Shown here: piece after piece, positions 33,756 through 34,543 of the stretch
Layout: every line of letters starts with the position of its first letter
Position numbering within the stretch: position 1 is the stretch's first letter
Assembly (NCBI GenBank): GCA_964361495.1
Contig: CAYIAH010000002.1
Span: forward strand, 6,217-40,759
DNA from: an uncultured Candidatus Saccharibacteria bacterium
Lineage (GTDB): Bacteria > Patescibacteriota > Minisyncoccia > Sungbacterales > HO2-52-23
Direction of reading: 5' to 3'
DNA: 34,543 bases
The notes under the pieces: generated by a model
Database searches by the model: none
Told to the model about the DNA's origin: nothing
The model's input: the letters and a program-made list of their open reading frames with translations, nothing else
Translations under genes and position numbers: made by a program

Positions 33756-34088
33756 TTACATCATTTTGATTTCGACATCTATTCCTGCGGGTAAGGTAAG
33801 CGTCGTCAACGCGTTGATCGTGCTTGACGAGGGATTCATGATATCAACCAGCCGCTTGTGCACCCGCATCTCGTACTGCTCCCGCGCATTTTTATGGACA
33901 AAACTTGAGCGATTCACCGTATATTTATGAATTTCTGTCGGCAACGGCACTGGCCCCACCACCTCCGCGCCATTGCGAAGCGCGGTATCCACGATTTGTT
34001 TGACTGAATTATCAATAATCTTCGAGTCGTATGCCCGAACCTTGATGCGAAGCTGCGTCTTCATTTCTTCTGTCTTTTTTGCCGCCAT
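33756..34088 (-). CDS. rpsJ: 30S ribosomal protein uS10
   Basis: RIKVRAYD, GPVPLPT, HKNAREQYEMRVHKR, LPAGIDVEIK. Confidence 0.97.
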   Translation of the reverse strand: MAAKKTEEMKTQLRIKVRAYDSKIIDNSVKQIVDTALRNGAEVVGPVPLPTEIHKYTVNRSSFVHKNAREQYEMRVHKRLVDIMNPSSSTINALTTLTLPAGIDVEIKMM

Positions 34089-34151
34089 TTTGGAAAGAGC
34101 CGTTTACCATAAAACCCATAAACCCCGTCGGGCTTACAGGTCTTATAGACA

Positions 34152-34514
34152 TCACTTCATAATCTTCGTTACGACGCCCGCGCCAACGGTCTTTCCTCCT
34201 TCGCGGATCGCAAAGCGCTGCTTTTCTTCGAGCGCAACCGGCGCAATTAATTTTACGGCAAAGGTAATCGTATCTCCCGGCATGACCATTTCGGTTCCCT
34301 GCGGAAGGGTCACTTCGCCGGTCACGTCGGTCGTGCGGATATAGAACTGCGGCTTGTAACCAGTGAAGAACGGCTTATGGCGACCACCTTCCTCCTTCGT
34401 GAGTGCGTACACCTCCGCCTCGAACTCCGTGTGCGGTGTGACGGAACCCGGCTTTGCGATAACCTGGCCGCGCTCGATGTCCTCCTTCTTGAGTCCGCGG
34501 AGGAGAAGTCCGAC
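34152..34514 (-). CDS. tuf: Elongation factor Tu, C-terminal fragment (contig edge)
   Basis: [50 protein letters not shown]. Confidence 0.97.
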   Translation of the reverse strand, partial: VGLLLRGLKKEDIERGQVIAKPGSVTPHTEFEAEVYALTKEEGGRHKPFFTGYKPQFYIRTTDVTGEVTLPQGTEMVMPGDTITFAVKLIAPVALEEKQRFAIREGGKTVGAGVVTKIMK

Positions 34515-34543
34515 AGATCGGAAGAGCACACGTCTGAACTCCA
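34515..34543 (+). other. Illumina TruSeq adapter remnant (artifact)
   Basis: AGATCGGAAGAGCACACGTCTGAACTCCA is the standard adapter read-through sequence. Confidence 0.98.

Noticed and set aside
34515-34531. Start codons for short EF-Tu-like ORFs (MLFRS, MCSSDL)
   Set aside because: Encoded by adapter sequence.

Overview
Housekeeping contig from a small-genome bacterium, most likely Patescibacteria/CPR (Parcubacteria-like). This is inferred from the missing uL30, an N-terminally truncated ThrRS and long r-protein extensions. Left part: 5'-truncated dnaE, thrS, miaA, an FtsB-like gene, a 35-aa membrane peptide, Glu/Leu/Phe/Val dehydrogenase, and a minus-strand TPR-membrane-protein/murJ/lepA unit. 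Middle: a MerR-like HTH gene, RNase P RNA, RNase HI, a PD-(D/E)XK nuclease, pgk, an NDH-2-like oxidoreductase, tpiA, galT, a GT2 and yqgF/ruvX. Right part: the S10-spc cluster from partial tuf to map, ending in an Illumina adapter remnant. The most notable feature is a remodelled ribosomal exit site: no uL29 gene in the cluster, and uL22 and uL23 carry long extensions ending in helices that resemble MinD/FtsY membrane-targeting sequences (hypothesis: direct ribosome-membrane tethering). Other points: heptamer repeats, one inside RNase P RNA; a MITE-like hairpin supplying the galT stop codon; a dispersed structured element; an antisense lipoprotein gene with its own promoter inside the S10 operon; a terminator/antiterminator leader before rplC; and an MGME1-like nuclease coupled to RNase HI. 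No CRISPR array, tRNA, rRNA or transposase was seen. All calls were made by eye, without database searches.
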